Below the pieces are notes generated by a model, which did no database searches, was not told the DNA's origin, and saw only the letters and a list, made by a program, of their open reading frames with translations. From the NCBI GenBank assembly GCA_000473305.1, contig CP006772.1:2237805-2301804 (forward strand): 64,000 bases of DNA, written 5' to 3'. Positions 1 through 10,467 of the stretch are shown here, one piece after another. The position numbers were made by a program, and so were the translations under genes. This DNA comes from Bacteroidales bacterium CF. GTDB taxonomy: Bacteria; Bacteroidota; Bacteroidia; Bacteroidales; UBA932. Position 1 is the stretch's first letter; each line of letters opens with the position of its first letter.

Positions 1-229
1 TTTTTTTAATTGTGAAAACATATTCCGCCTTCTCTGCCGGAACAGAAATGACAGAGTCGACAAATGCCTCGGAATCTGCCTCCTCCCTTGTAAACTCGAC
101 AAAAGGCAACCATTTACCCAGATACTCTCTCTGAGTATCTATTGTTCTGAAAATATCTTTTGCATCAGCTGCCTCTATTTGCCTTAACTCTAACTCTTCA
201 TCAATTTTTATAATCATAGCCCGGCTCAT
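1..229 (-). CDS. GNAT family N-acetyltransferase, N-terminal part (gene continues beyond window start)
   Basis: Minus-strand ATG at 227-229. Translation MSRAMIIKIDEELELRQIEAADAKDIFRTIDTQREYLGKWLPFVEF... resembles RimJ/RimL-type GNAT N-termini. Open to position 1. Confidence 0.45.
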   Translation of the reverse strand, partial: MSRAMIIKIDEELELRQIEAADAKDIFRTIDTQREYLGKWLPFVEFTREEADSEAFVDSVISVPAEKAEYVFTIKK

Positions 230-266
230 TTTTCAATGATTATTAACTATTTTGTGTTCTCAACAA

Positions 267-710
267 TTATGGCTTTACACAAAAAGACCAATGAGTGTGA
301 ATAATTTTCCATTGACCGTCAGCCTCAAGTCTGTAAACTTCTGTACAATTCCATTTAGAGACCCCTTCGGCTTTGTATGAATGAAAATTAAAAGTCAAAA
401 CAGCCATATTCTGCATAGCAACAACCTGAGGGTTAATCATCTCATATTTATGAACTTCGACTGCCTTTTTTATCGGCTCATAATATTTCTTGAGATTTTC
501 AATCCCGTCAAGTCTCTGTGACAAAGAGGGGTCAAAGTATGAGACATCATCGGCTGAAAGATTGATATAACCGCTTGGGTCTCCGCTGTTCCACTTCTCC
601 AGAGCTGCTTTTTCCAAAGCTATGATTGTTCCGGATATGTCTGTTTTTAAATTTTGTGAAAAGCTCATTTGTGAAAACAATAAGAATGTTAGTAAAATAA
701 TCTTTTTCAT
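267..710 (-). CDS. SnoaL/NTF2-like (DUF4440-type) secreted protein
   Basis: 147 aa with a signal peptide. The ...WKIIHTHWS C-terminus is typical of NTF2-like DUF4440 proteins. Confidence 0.55.
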   Translation of the reverse strand: MKKIILLTFLLFSQMSFSQNLKTDISGTIIALEKAALEKWNSGDPSGYINLSADDVSYFDPSLSQRLDGIENLKKYYEPIKKAVEVHKYEMINPQVVAMQNMAVLTFNFHSYKAEGVSKWNCTEVYRLEADGQWKIIHTHWSFCVKP

Positions 711-887
711 ATATGGGGTTTTATAATTGATAAATTCCTCTCATATAGCACTAAAGGTAACCAATGGCAAGATTAATTCAAAAAAAATATCTCCGATAAT
801 TTAATTTACCGGGTGTGAATTATTCATTCACGAATGTGTAAAATTTAATAAAGAGTGATTATTTCACCCGGGGCACTTTTCCCGAAA

Positions 888-1967
888 CTATTTAAAAATT
901 TCCTTATACATTTTTTCAAGCGCAGAGGCGTTTGCCTTATTAATCTTTTGCATTTCAACTTTTCGTTGCGCTTCATTTTGTTTACGGCTTTCCATCTCTT
1001 TCTGCCATGTGCGGCCGGGTTCTATGTCATGCATAAAACGTGAATTTACACTATAGTTGAAATATAGAATTTGACCAACTTTTGCTGCATCTAACTGGTA
1101 ATCAAATGCAGTGAACAGGTCGTCATAACCAGTCATTCCGGTGACATCAAAGTCGGGCTTTTTCAAATTTTCCTCTAACACCTTTTCATAACTGTGCCAC
1201 ACATACGTCGGGGCCCCGCCACTAAATGAAAGCCTGTAAAAACCTTTTTGGGGATTAAGGACATCTCCTATGGCGAAGTTGTTTGGATTCTGATCATTCG
1301 GAGCGGTTTGCCTTGTTTTGAAATTTGATTGATTAACTGTTGCATAATCTGCAAAATTGACTCCATCATTCCAAAAACGATACATTCTGTCCAACACCAC
1401 ATCCGTTTTTTGGGGTATTTTTTCTATATACGAAACTCCTAGAACATACTCTTCGTGTGATCCCCACGCCACAGGTCCGCAATTCTGCAACTCCTGGATA
1501 TAAAACCATATCCACGAATCTTCTGTTAATTTATACATTAATCCGCTATTCGGAAGACGTGTGTTTTTGAACATCTTCTTTAACTCTTTTTCGCTAACCT
1601 GCTCCAGCCCTTTTTTAGAAGCAAGTTCTTTTACCTCTTCAGGCCGATAGCCCACCCAGTCGCGAATCTCGGTAAGAATACACTTGTAATTAGTTTTGGG
1701 CACGTTTCCAGGTGCGTAACAATAATATGTGCCCGGTCCATAATTCTTACTTTTGAGCGTATAACCGGGCACATTCGGTGCAAAACCGCAAACCGGTGTA
1801 GGAGCAAGATTCGGAATAGGCTTATAAATTGTAAATGTACTCTTGCCGTAAGTAACTTTTTTTTGAGCACTTAAATCAACTGCCAATAAAATAAAAAGCA
1901 CTATTAATGAAGATTTTAGAAAATTTAACATGAGGTATTTTTTATAATTAAAATTGTATAAATCCAA
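888..1967 (-). CDS. hypothetical secreted protein
   Basis: 359-aa ORF with an N-terminal signal peptide/TM. No recognisable domain. Confidence 0.5.
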   Translation of the reverse strand: MDLYNFNYKKYLMLNFLKSSLIVLFILLAVDLSAQKKVTYGKSTFTIYKPIPNLAPTPVCGFAPNVPGYTLKSKNYGPGTYYCYAPGNVPKTNYKCILTEIRDWVGYRPEEVKELASKKGLEQVSEKELKKMFKNTRLPNSGLMYKLTEDSWIWFYIQELQNCGPVAWGSHEEYVLGVSYIEKIPQKTDVVLDRMYRFWNDGVNFADYATVNQSNFKTRQTAPNDQNPNNFAIGDVLNPQKGFYRLSFSGGAPTYVWHSYEKVLEENLKKPDFDVTGMTGYDDLFTAFDYQLDAAKVGQILYFNYSVNSRFMHDIEPGRTWQKEMESRKQNEAQRKVEMQKINKANASALEKMYKEIFK

Positions 1968-2254
1968 TCATAACAACAGGTTGGCACAAAGTATTATAGC
2001 CTGCACCTTTGTACATTTGGGATTAGAACCATTACAATCATACTAAGGTAGTAGGCAACTATGTTGAAATTTTTGTCTGCTTGTGGGGTTCTGATTTGAA
2101 TGTTCATGCTGTGTAGTCAGATAGTACGAATAATATTACAAAAATATAAGATTAATCGTAATACTCACGATTGCTAAGATTATAACACAACAATAAAATC
2201 AGAGTTTATTAAGATTGTATTTGTAATTTATATTTCAGCTTATCTACTTTTATA

Positions 2255-2683
2255 TTATAAGCTTCTTTCCAATCCTTTTGTAAGACGTTCGTCCTGAAGT
2301 TGTCCCCAACATTTCCAACCTTTCTCACGTAAAATCAAATTATCATTTTTCAACGCAGGGTAGCCATTAAAAAATTCATTAAAGTGCTCACAAGGATAAC
2401 TCTCACAAAGCGCACACATCTCAACACCCTTCTCTTTAGCGCACATTCTGACTTTACACGCCGGATTTCCACTTCCTTCCCTACAAGATCTACATATTCC
2501 GTCAACAGACATCCCTTTCAAAAACGACCAAAACTTCTCACCATCAGGAAAAAATGACATGATTCCTTCAAATCCCAGCTTCTGCATCTCCTCATACAAA
2601 ACTTTTGCTGCAGGTTCTACTTTTACCTTGACCGGACAGTTTTCACAATAAAGACCGCAGTAACAAGCGTATTTTCTATCCAT
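2255..2683 (-). CDS. DUF3795 cysteine-rich protein
   Basis: 142 aa with the CGLYCENC...CxxC...C pattern characteristic of DUF3795. Confidence 0.6.
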   Translation of the reverse strand: MDRKYACYCGLYCENCPVKVKVEPAAKVLYEEMQKLGFEGIMSFFPDGEKFWSFLKGMSVDGICRSCREGSGNPACKVRMCAKEKGVEMCALCESYPCEHFNEFFNGYPALKNDNLILREKGWKCWGQLQDERLTKGLERSL

Positions 2684-2732
2684 TTTACAATCCCCTTATA
2701 ATCTATTTATGATTTCACAATTTAAAATTGTT

Positions 2733-3389
2733 TCAATTCAGCAATATTTCAATCTTTTTCCCATTTACATCATAAAAGTAAGTACCCTTATACGAAGGGC
2801 AACAATGCGCATCATCATTTGCATATAATTTAAACTCACCCTTTATGCCATTATCATATGAGATCGTTACTGACTCGTTGAAGTATGAATCTGTTATCTC
2901 TTTCAATTTTTCTGACTTCCTCTTTTCATTGTACTTGTCCAGAATCGAGAGCCTGATCTCTGTCATTAGATCTGATGTGTATGTCCCGTCAGCATATACA
3001 ATCCTTGCAAATGACGGGGTATCTCCGTTATGTCCTGTGCAATTCTCACTGAGAAAATATAATAGTAAATCTTGTTTACCGTCTCCGTCAAAATCGGCAT
3101 TAACAGTACTAATGCTCTTGCCATCCGAAGGAAATGCGTCCATTTGTCCCGGATTTTCCTTTAACCACTCTGAAGCCTGTTGTCTTGAGACATCTTTATA
3201 ACTGCAAGGTGCCCCAATCATCTTCTTATTTATCAGTTCATTTTTCCATTTCCCGATCTCCTTCTGAGCATTAATATGAACTGTTGATGTTTTACAAGAG
3301 ATAATAAGCAAAACTGATAACAATGCAAGTGGCGTGGTAATCTTTTTAATCAAACAGTTATACATTTTCTTTTTTAATTTTTCTACCAC
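2733..3389 (-). CDS. hypothetical lipoprotein
   Basis: 218 aa with a signal peptide followed by Cys (ISCKTS). Confidence 0.5.
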   Translation of the reverse strand: MVEKLKKKMYNCLIKKITTPLALLSVLLIISCKTSTVHINAQKEIGKWKNELINKKMIGAPCSYKDVSRQQASEWLKENPGQMDAFPSDGKSISTVNADFDGDGKQDLLLYFLSENCTGHNGDTPSFARIVYADGTYTSDLMTEIRLSILDKYNEKRKSEKLKEITDSYFNESVTISYDNGIKGEFKLYANDDAHCCPSYKGTYFYDVNGKKIEILLN

Positions 3390-3417
3390 AAAATCCTGTC
3401 CAAATTGTAATGTTTTA

Positions 3418-3756
3418 TTAAATTCCTAGAATAATCAAAATCCGCCCGAGTAAATTTATCACAACTCCTGACAGAGTGATAATTTCACCCACACTCCTAA
3501 GCTGGCTGACACTTCTTCTAAGCTTTTCAGTTTCAGAATTTGCGATATTAATCAGTTGTTCATACTGATAGTTATTTCTGTCGAGTTGTCGCCTTACTAT
3601 TTCAAAATATGCATCTCTCAATACGTTATGCTCATTAATAACTTTGTCTACGGCTTCTCGGCCTCCCTCTTTGTAGGCTAATTGCAGAATCTCGGATCTT
3701 TTATTGTTAAACTCCCCGATAGTCTGGGATAATAACACTCTTAGATGCTCCTCCAT
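3418..3756 (-). CDS. hypothetical protein
   Basis: 112-aa ORF immediately downstream of, and co-oriented with, 3758..4627. Confidence 0.4.
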   Translation of the reverse strand: MEEHLRVLLSQTIGEFNNKRSEILQLAYKEGGREAVDKVINEHNVLRDAYFEIVRRQLDRNNYQYEQLINIANSETEKLRRSVSQLRSVGEIITLSGVVINLLGRILIILGI

Positions 3757-3757
3757 T

Positions 3758-4627
3758 TTATTCGAGTTTTAAAAGTTGATCGACCGTTTTGAGCTTGTTA
3801 ATCACACCTGAAATATCCGTTTTAGTTTTAGACATTTCAATATGTATCTGATTCAATTCCATTAAAGCCTTGCCAAAATTATCCAGCTGCCTCTTTATAT
3901 CGTTTTTCTGTCTGACGATTTCATCGCGTTTCTCAAGTCTGTACAATAGAATCAATATTGAATCATCATTATATGGCTCTTTAGAGGCAGATGAAATCTT
4001 CTTTACATTATATTTTTGGGGGTCTACAGAATTCAGCCCGGTAAGGTAGTGATCGTATATCCCGTCAATATACCTGTCCCAGGCCTTACGGTCCTCTTCC
4101 CAAAGCGTAATATAGAGAGAGGTTAAACGAAATAATATCTCATTATGAACCTTTATCCTTTTTACCTGGATTGCCTGAGTGATCATTTTTGCAACTTCAG
4201 GTAATTTAGACGAAACTGCCGATGGCAAGTCGGGAAGCTTTTCAATTGAATTGTAGCTCTCCTGCAAAGAAATTACAGCTTCCCGGGTTTTGGCTCCATA
4301 TTTACTATCAGTCAAAAGAGTAAAAGCAGTGTATGTATTCAGAAGGCTTCGATAAGCCTCCGTCCTTGAGGCAAACTGCTCCGAAAAATCCTGCACTTTT
4401 GTGTCAGGTAATACCATCTCAGATGGATTAGGGTCAGTTAAAACTTTTACTTTGTCTTGTTGAGATTTGTCAATGTAAACCTGTTGGGACAACAGTGAGT
4501 AGATATCAAGTGCCTTTTGGGATACCTCAGCTCCAGCCTTGGTCGCCTTCTCTCCCAATTCAATACTCTTCATTGACGCACATGACGTCAATAAAAGAAT
4601 GAAAAAAAGTTTAAATAAATTTTTCAT
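3758..4627 (-). CDS. hypothetical lipoprotein
   Basis: 289 aa, lipobox LLLTSCAS. Confidence 0.5.
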   Translation of the reverse strand: MKNLFKLFFILLLTSCASMKSIELGEKATKAGAEVSQKALDIYSLLSQQVYIDKSQQDKVKVLTDPNPSEMVLPDTKVQDFSEQFASRTEAYRSLLNTYTAFTLLTDSKYGAKTREAVISLQESYNSIEKLPDLPSAVSSKLPEVAKMITQAIQVKRIKVHNEILFRLTSLYITLWEEDRKAWDRYIDGIYDHYLTGLNSVDPQKYNVKKISSASKEPYNDDSILILLYRLEKRDEIVRQKNDIKRQLDNFGKALMELNQIHIEMSKTKTDISGVINKLKTVDQLLKLE

Positions 4628-5147
4628 ATCTGTTGTGATCTTTTCAACCTGTCTGCCGTAATTATCCGATATGTAAATGAGTTAATTGTCAGCAAAATAT
4701 CTCTTGACTCATTTGTTATGTATATATTTTTTCCCAGTTCATGTTATATGTTTTCTTATTATTTTTAAAGCACTACTAAAGCACAATCCATAATACTGCC
4801 GTGCTTACTGCCTCAAAAATACTGCTGGTGGCAAAATATCAAAGGTTTTACTGAGTAATTCTACTCAATGTATGTCCGGTTTAAAATTCTTGTTCCTATT
4901 TTACATATCGCCCACGGGCTATAAATACCGACAGTAATTATTGTCAAAAGTGTCTGACCCCATATAAATAAAAAATCATTAGTATGGTCTGTTTCAAAAC
5001 CGAAGCTTCTCTTTAAATCCCCGGACTGGGCAATAGTCCTTTTAGCAAAATAGGCATATAATTTAACCATTGCCATAGGGTAATAAATCCCAATTGTAAT
5101 TATGTCAAGATCCCATTTTTTAGACAGTATCCTTTAAGACTTTCTTG

Positions 5148-5960
5148 TTAAATAACTTCTTTTATTTCGGTTTGGTTTCTCATGTTTTCAAGGTACTCTT
5201 TTGGAGATAAATCCCCCAGAGATTCATGTGGCCTGTTCTCGTTATAATCCCTCATCCATTCTTCGGTTAACTCTCTTACCTGAGATAGATTATTAAACAG
5301 ATAAGCATCTAAAATACTCTTCCTATAACTGCCATTGAACCTTTCGATAAAACTGTTCTGAGTCGGTTTGCCAGGCTGGATATATTTTATTTTTACATCG
5401 TTTCCATTACACCAGTTCCTGAAGATATCAGAGATGAATTCAGGCCCGTTATCTACCCTTATACTCTGCGGTTTACCGCTGCTCCAAATTACATTTTCCA
5501 ATACATTTATTACCCTTTCGGAGGGCATGGACAGACCAACCTCCATCGCAATTGCTTCTCTGTTAAAATCGTCAATAATATTAAGAACCCTAAATCTCCT
5601 TCCGTTAGTCAAAACATCACTTACAAAATCCATGGACCAGCTTATATTCCTGTTTTCTGGTACAAGTAATGCCTCTTTTTCTCTGTTTGGTAATCTGCGC
5701 TTTAATCTTCTCCTGTAATTTAAATTCATTAATTTATAAACCCTATAAACACGCTTGTGATTCCACTGATGACCATCACTCCTTAGACGACAATATATCT
5801 TCCAGAATCCATCTCTGGAGATCTCTACCTTCGCTTTTATTGCATCTATAACCTCACTGTCGTCCTTTTTGTGTTTATAATAGTAACCTGATCTGTGTAA
5901 ATCCAATACCCTGCACGCCCGAATTATGCTGGTGTCTGACTCTTCCTGAAGTTCTTCCAC
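5148..5960 (-). CDS. IS3-family transposase OrfB (DDE integrase core)
   Basis: 270 aa with an rve-type catalytic core (...DNGPEF..., ...YNENRPHESLG...). Confidence 0.85.
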   Translation of the reverse strand: MEELQEESDTSIIRACRVLDLHRSGYYYKHKKDDSEVIDAIKAKVEISRDGFWKIYCRLRSDGHQWNHKRVYRVYKLMNLNYRRRLKRRLPNREKEALLVPENRNISWSMDFVSDVLTNGRRFRVLNIIDDFNREAIAMEVGLSMPSERVINVLENVIWSSGKPQSIRVDNGPEFISDIFRNWCNGNDVKIKYIQPGKPTQNSFIERFNGSYRKSILDAYLFNNLSQVRELTEEWMRDYNENRPHESLGDLSPKEYLENMRNQTEIKEVI

Positions 5961-5983
5961 TATTGCTCTCTTTGCTTCGGGCT

Positions 5984-6250
5984 TTAGAGCTTTTTTTCAA
6001 TAATCTCCTTTAATAACTGATTATCTAATGATAACTCTGCGTACATGTGCTTGAGTCTGCGGTTTTCATCTTCCAACTCCTTCAGTTTCTTAAGTTGGGC
6101 TGTATCCATCCCACAGTATTTCTTTTTCCATAAGTAGAGTGTCGCTCTTGAGATTCCGTACTCCCTGCAGATTATCTCTGTTGTTACACCTGATTCATAC
6201 TCTTTAACGGCTTTGATGATCTGCGATTCCGTGTTCTTTGTTTTTTTCAT
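5984..6250 (-). CDS. IS3-family transposase OrfA (HTH)
   Basis: 88 aa with an HTH and leucine-zipper N-terminal region (..ISRATLYLWKKKY..). Confidence 0.8.
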   Translation of the reverse strand: MKKTKNTESQIIKAVKEYESGVTTEIICREYGISRATLYLWKKKYCGMDTAQLKKLKELEDENRRLKHMYAELSLDNQLLKEIIEKKL

Positions 6251-6322
6251 GTCGTTGTTCTCCTTTACAAATTTATTAATTTTGTCTAAAGGATTACTGT
6301 CTAATTTTTAGGGGGGCCGACA

Positions 6323-6528
6323 TTATCCACAATCTCCTCATAAGTATATCCGAATATTTCACAGAATTTCTTATTGACATACCTGAAATACTCATCCTGG
6401 ATAATATATACCCCGACTATTGAATTTCCCACTATATCGTGATATTTTGCTTCCGTGCCCGGAAAATGACTACCCCTTTCCTTTTTGAAAAGTAATTGCA
6501 GTTTCCGCAATGCTTCGAAGTCAAACAT
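6323..6528 (-). pseudogene. small PAS-domain protein gene, 3' end disrupted by IS3 insertion
   Basis: PAS-like sequence (IVGVYIIQDEYFRYVNKKFCEIFGYTYEEIV). The reading frame runs into the IS3 terminal repeat. After removing the IS and one TSD copy, the native ORF would continue for about 12 codons beyond 5102. Confidence 0.45.
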
Positions 6529-6671
6529 ATTTCAAAAGTTTTATGTTTCTCTGACTCTGGAATATAAAACTTAATAAAGATAATGAAAAAAACAATATGG
6601 CAGGTGGTTTGGCCTTTCAACAATTTACTTCTATATAAGAGATTTTCATTCGGATATTAGGCGAAAACCGG

Positions 6672-7076
6672 TCAATTATTTTCTTTTCGTAGCTTTTTGC
6701 CAGAATTCCCATCGCTTGGGGACGCATTCTCCCATATCATCTCTTTCGATGTTAATTTGCGAATGTTATACTGCTCAGTATATCTGCCATCTTCATTGAA
6801 TAGTGTTACTAATCTGTTTTCAGCGCCTACAATATAACTCCTGCCGATTATAGTATCGCGGCCCGACAAAAAATCACTGTTATGTATAAAACAGGTTCCG
6901 TCGGCATTAAACGTATAGGTCACAGAACCATCAACTGACAAATTCGGGTCGTCGTTATAGATATACCATTTGCCAACCAATTGATTAATGTTTATGTCAT
7001 CTGCTTTTTCACATGATACCAAACTGAATATTAGACTTATACCCACTAGGATTGTTAGTTGTTTCTTTTTTGTCAT
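6672..7076 (-). CDS. hypothetical lipoprotein
   Basis: 134 aa, lipobox LVSCEK. Confidence 0.5.
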   Translation of the reverse strand: MTKKKQLTILVGISLIFSLVSCEKADDININQLVGKWYIYNDDPNLSVDGSVTYTFNADGTCFIHNSDFLSGRDTIIGRSYIVGAENRLVTLFNEDGRYTEQYNIRKLTSKEMIWENASPSDGNSGKKLRKENN

Positions 7077-7097
7077 TGTCAGCTATATGTTGAGTCA

Positions 7098-7547
7098 CTA
7101 ATTAATCTCATCGGTTTCAACCATACTATTCAGTTTTGTTATTTCATAGTATTCAACCGTATTATCAGAACTTTGCAGTTTTTTAGATGAAGCAATATCC
7201 ACTTTGTATGTTTGTATCATTGGTTTTAATTGCTTTGGAATAATCTTTTCTTTAGTCCATAAATCATAATTGGTTTTTGAAATAACATAAACGATAACCT
7301 GTGTATCATTTTTCATAAAGAGATGAAATTCTTCGTTTGTGTTTTTTCCTGTAATATTCCCATCATCTGTTGCTGTACCATTGTATGATAAATAAACAAT
7401 AGTACTAGCCGCTACACCGTCGTTTTTCAATTTAGATTGAGCTTGTGATGTTTGATTTTGACCACAGCTGAATAAAAATTGCATTCCAATAAATGCCAGA
7501 CAAATTGTCAATCCTTTTTTCATTTTCATTTGTATTAAATTAGACAT
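7098..7547 (-). CDS. hypothetical lipoprotein
   Basis: 149 aa, lipobox LFSCGQ. Confidence 0.5.
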   Translation of the reverse strand: MSNLIQMKMKKGLTICLAFIGMQFLFSCGQNQTSQAQSKLKNDGVAASTIVYLSYNGTATDDGNITGKNTNEEFHLFMKNDTQVIVYVISKTNYDLWTKEKIIPKQLKPMIQTYKVDIASSKKLQSSDNTVEYYEITKLNSMVETDEIN

Positions 7548-7595
7548 AAATACTGAATTTTAAAGCACTAAAAGCCTGTTTTTTCAAACACAAAC

Positions 7596-8513
7596 CTATT
7601 TATTCTTTATACACCTTATTGAGTAACTCCAGTTAGGGTCTCCAATATCGGTTATTATGTTATCTCGCATGAATCCAAAATTTATTGTAGTAAAACTATT
7701 TGGAACTTTGGAATTTGGTGTTGAAGTCCAAAAGAAAGTATATTTACCCAAATTTGCAAATGATGGTTTGCTGTCTCTGCTACCTGACGGCAAAACAGAC
7801 ATTCCACTACTATTGTCTCTGGAAACATTACTGTTTCGCCAATACATTTCAGTAGCTTCTTTGAGTTTAGAACCTGCAACCTTTAAACCGCCAAAAGTAT
7901 TTATTACATCGGTCCATTCTTGTTGCGATGGAACATGCCAACCTTGTGGGCAAATATTCTCCGGATCAGTTGTCAGTAATTTACCGGAATATAATTTACC
8001 ATACACTTTATTGGTTTCGGAATTATTGTAATACCATGAATTGTCCGGGAAATCATAATCGAGATTTTGCACAAACCACTCATTACCATTAACACTTATC
8101 GTCCAGTAGACTTTATAATCACGTATATCTACAAATGATTTATACTCTGATTTAGGATTCAGAACAATTGGCAAAGTGCTAAAACTAAATATTTTCGAAG
8201 TCCTGATTGCCTTTTCGTTTTTTTTCTCTACTATTTTCCAATAATATTTTTTATTTAATTCTAAAATTACCGGTTTTACTTCCATCGCATCCAAATCTGA
8301 TTTAAATAGACCGGGATTTGAAGAAGTGCCAAAATACAAATCATATTTCACACCTTCTTGTGCTGACCATTTTAAAATGCCGATATTTACATTAGTTGCC
8401 CCATCTATTGGGAATACGGCTTTTATTTCCTTTTGTGCAAATATTTCATTGCTAAACACCACAACAAAAGTTATAAAAATTAGAATTCGAAAGCATTTCA
8501 TACTTTTTTCCAT
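7596..8513 (-). CDS. Fibrobacter succinogenes major paralogous domain (TIGR02145-like) protein
   Basis: 305 aa with a signal peptide. The C-terminal ...WTSTP...SIRCIKNK and the GW/YG motifs are typical of Fib_succ_major. Confidence 0.6.
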   Translation of the reverse strand: MEKSMKCFRILIFITFVVVFSNEIFAQKEIKAVFPIDGATNVNIGILKWSAQEGVKYDLYFGTSSNPGLFKSDLDAMEVKPVILELNKKYYWKIVEKKNEKAIRTSKIFSFSTLPIVLNPKSEYKSFVDIRDYKVYWTISVNGNEWFVQNLDYDFPDNSWYYNNSETNKVYGKLYSGKLLTTDPENICPQGWHVPSQQEWTDVINTFGGLKVAGSKLKEATEMYWRNSNVSRDNSSGMSVLPSGSRDSKPSFANLGKYTFFWTSTPNSKVPNSFTTINFGFMRDNIITDIGDPNWSYSIRCIKNK

Positions 8514-8539
8514 ACCATAATTTTTAAATTATTATTCTA

Positions 8540-8718
8540 AGGAGCGGTTAATTTTTGTGCAATCATTTTTAAGGAACCGCAAACAGGCCGGGTGAGTTAT
8601 AGCAGATCTCAATGCTGCGCAAGATCAAATCACCTTTAGCACAAGGTTTTGCCTTATAAAGATATAAACATTTTTTATTTATCAAAAAAACCGTTTTTTA
8701 TTCCGGAATATTGATTTC
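8540..8718. repeat. left end of the cassette array: degenerate attC-A plus the 5' part of a non-coding cassette NC1, truncated by IS21
   Basis: 8575-8700 is homologous to the right end of attC-A and the start of NC1 (..GTTATAGCAGATCTCAATGCTGCGCAAGATCAAATCACCTTTAGCACAAGGTTTTGCCTTATAAAGATA..). The rest of NC1 resumes at 11440-11628 after the IS21. Confidence 0.6.
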
Positions 8719-8880
8719 TGTGATAATATCACACCAAATGTGCCGGTCATATCACTCACAAATGTACCGGGTGTATCAGTCACAAATGAGCCAGGCGTAT
8801 CACCCACAAATGTGCCACAATAAAGGGATGTAATCTTGAAGATCACTCCTGTGTATTTTTGAAAAAAATACACTAAGGAG

Positions 8881-10440
8881 ATGTCAAACAAGAAGATTAC
8901 AATGCTAAAGCTTAAAAGGATTTTACAATTACTGGCAGCTGGAGTCTCTCAACGGGAGATCAGCAACAAGGTTGGAATAAGCAGGTCATCTATAACAGCC
9001 TACAAGGAGAGAGCCGATTCATCGGGCAAGAGTTATCAGGAACTTTTACAAATGAGTGACTCTGATGTGGTCTCAGTGCTTCAGCGCAAGGATTACCGTC
9101 CGGGTAAAGATGCCCGTTATGACAAGCTTGAGCCTCTTCTGAAGGATTATAGCCACGACATCACACAAAATCGCAGTACATATGAGTGCCTTTGGGAGGA
9201 ATACCTGAAATTACATCCGGAGGGCTATGGATACACACGTTTCAAGGCATACATACAAGGCTATATCAAATCCCATCATTATTCATACCACAATGTATAT
9301 GCCCCGGGCTTCGAGATGCAGGTTGATTTTGCCGGAGACAAACTGAATCTGATTGATCGTAAAACTGGATTAATTACAGAGGTAGTCGTTCTGTGCTGTA
9401 TTCTTCCATATAGTTCCATTGCCTTCATAATGGCACTTTACAATGCAACCCAGGAATGTTTTTATTACGGTCTCTCAAAAGCACTGTCATATTTTGGAGG
9501 GATACCGGAATCAGTCAAGAGTGACAACATGCGTCAATGGGTGATACGTTCGGACAGGTACGAGCCGACCTTCAGCGAGTCCACCATGCAATGGAGCGTC
9601 CACTATGACACGGAGCTTGTCGCCACGAGGCCGGTTCATCCGAAGGATAAGGCTCCCGTTGAGGGATTGGTGAACAAGACATATCAGTTCGTTTATTCCC
9701 GTATACGGAATGAGGAGTATGAGACGCTTGATTCGCTTAATGCACGCATATTTGAGCTCACCGGTGAGTTCAACGGGCGTAATATGACGGGGCGCACCTA
9801 CAGCCGGATGGAACTTTTCGAGAAGGAGGAGAAGCCATTACTCAAGCCTCTTCCGGCAGAGCCATTTATGTTAAAACATAGGAAAGAGTTCCTTGTACCG
9901 TCCAGCTATCATGTCCAGATAGGAAAAGAGAGACACTCTTACAGTGTCCCCTATCAGTATGTGAATCAGAAAGCCACCGTAGTATTCGACCAGGAAAGCG
10001 TGGAGGTGTATGTTGGCTTTAACCGGGTGGCCATTCACAGACGGGATCTGAAGGCCAACGGATACACGACAGAGCCATCCCATATGCCCGAAAATCACCG
10101 TGCATATCAAAAGAGCAGAGAGTATAATGCAGCATATTATCTTGGACAGGCACGTCACATAGGGCCAAATACAACAACGGTAATAGAGCGCATCCTTACT
10201 TCACAGCCTTTCATCCAGCAGGCTTACAGATCCAGTCAGGGTATATTGTCCCTGACAAGAAAATACCCTGCCGAGAGGATAGAGGCAGCATGTGGAAGAG
10301 CTTGCGGTACTACGGCAGCTGTAAGTTATACTGCAATAAAAAGAATACTGGAGTTAAAACTTGATACGGAGCAGGTAAACACCTGTTCATCACATATACC
10401 TCTCCATGAAAATCTCAGGGGAGCATCTTCTTTCGAATAG
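8881..10440 (+). CDS. istA: IS21-family transposase IstA
   Basis: 519 aa with an N-terminal HTH and a DDE core, followed by istB. Confidence 0.9.
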   Translation: MSNKKITMLKLKRILQLLAAGVSQREISNKVGISRSSITAYKERADSSGKSYQELLQMSDSDVVSVLQRKDYRPGKDARYDKLEPLLKDYSHDITQNRSTYECLWEEYLKLHPEGYGYTRFKAYIQGYIKSHHYSYHNVYAPGFEMQVDFAGDKLNLIDRKTGLITEVVVLCCILPYSSIAFIMALYNATQECFYYGLSKALSYFGGIPESVKSDNMRQWVIRSDRYEPTFSESTMQWSVHYDTELVATRPVHPKDKAPVEGLVNKTYQFVYSRIRNEEYETLDSLNARIFELTGEFNGRNMTGRTYSRMELFEKEEKPLLKPLPAEPFMLKHRKEFLVPSSYHVQIGKERHSYSVPYQYVNQKATVVFDQESVEVYVGFNRVAIHRRDLKANGYTTEPSHMPENHRAYQKSREYNAAYYLGQARHIGPNTTTVIERILTSQPFIQQAYRSSQGILSLTRKYPAERIEAACGRACGTTAAVSYTAIKRILELKLDTEQVNTCSSHIPLHENLRGASSFE

Positions 10441-10467
10441 CAATCACTCACAAAAATTATAATTAAC

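Larger units (their letters stand above)
5103..6322 (-). mobile_element. IS3-family insertion sequence (about 1.22 kb)
   Basis: Terminal inverted repeats TGTCAAGATCCCATTTTTTAGACAGTATCC (5103-5132) and GGATTACTGTCTAATTTTTAGGGGGGCCGACA (6291-6322). 3-bp TSD TTA (5100-5102 and 6323-6325). orfA+orfB on the minus strand. Confidence 0.8.

Noticed and set aside
2075-2110. TGTCTGCTTGTGGGGTTCTGATTTGAATG, a partial resemblance to the bracket motif outside the array
   Set aside because: Only the central GCTTGTGGGG segment matches. It has no flanking attC and no second copy. Treated as chance similarity.
4861-5076. 71-aa ORF MAMVKLYAYFAKRTIAQSGDL... next to the IS3 right end
   Set aside because: It overlaps, in a different frame, the reconstructed 3' end of the PAS gene. 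It has one weak hydrophobic segment and no other support. Probably not a real gene.
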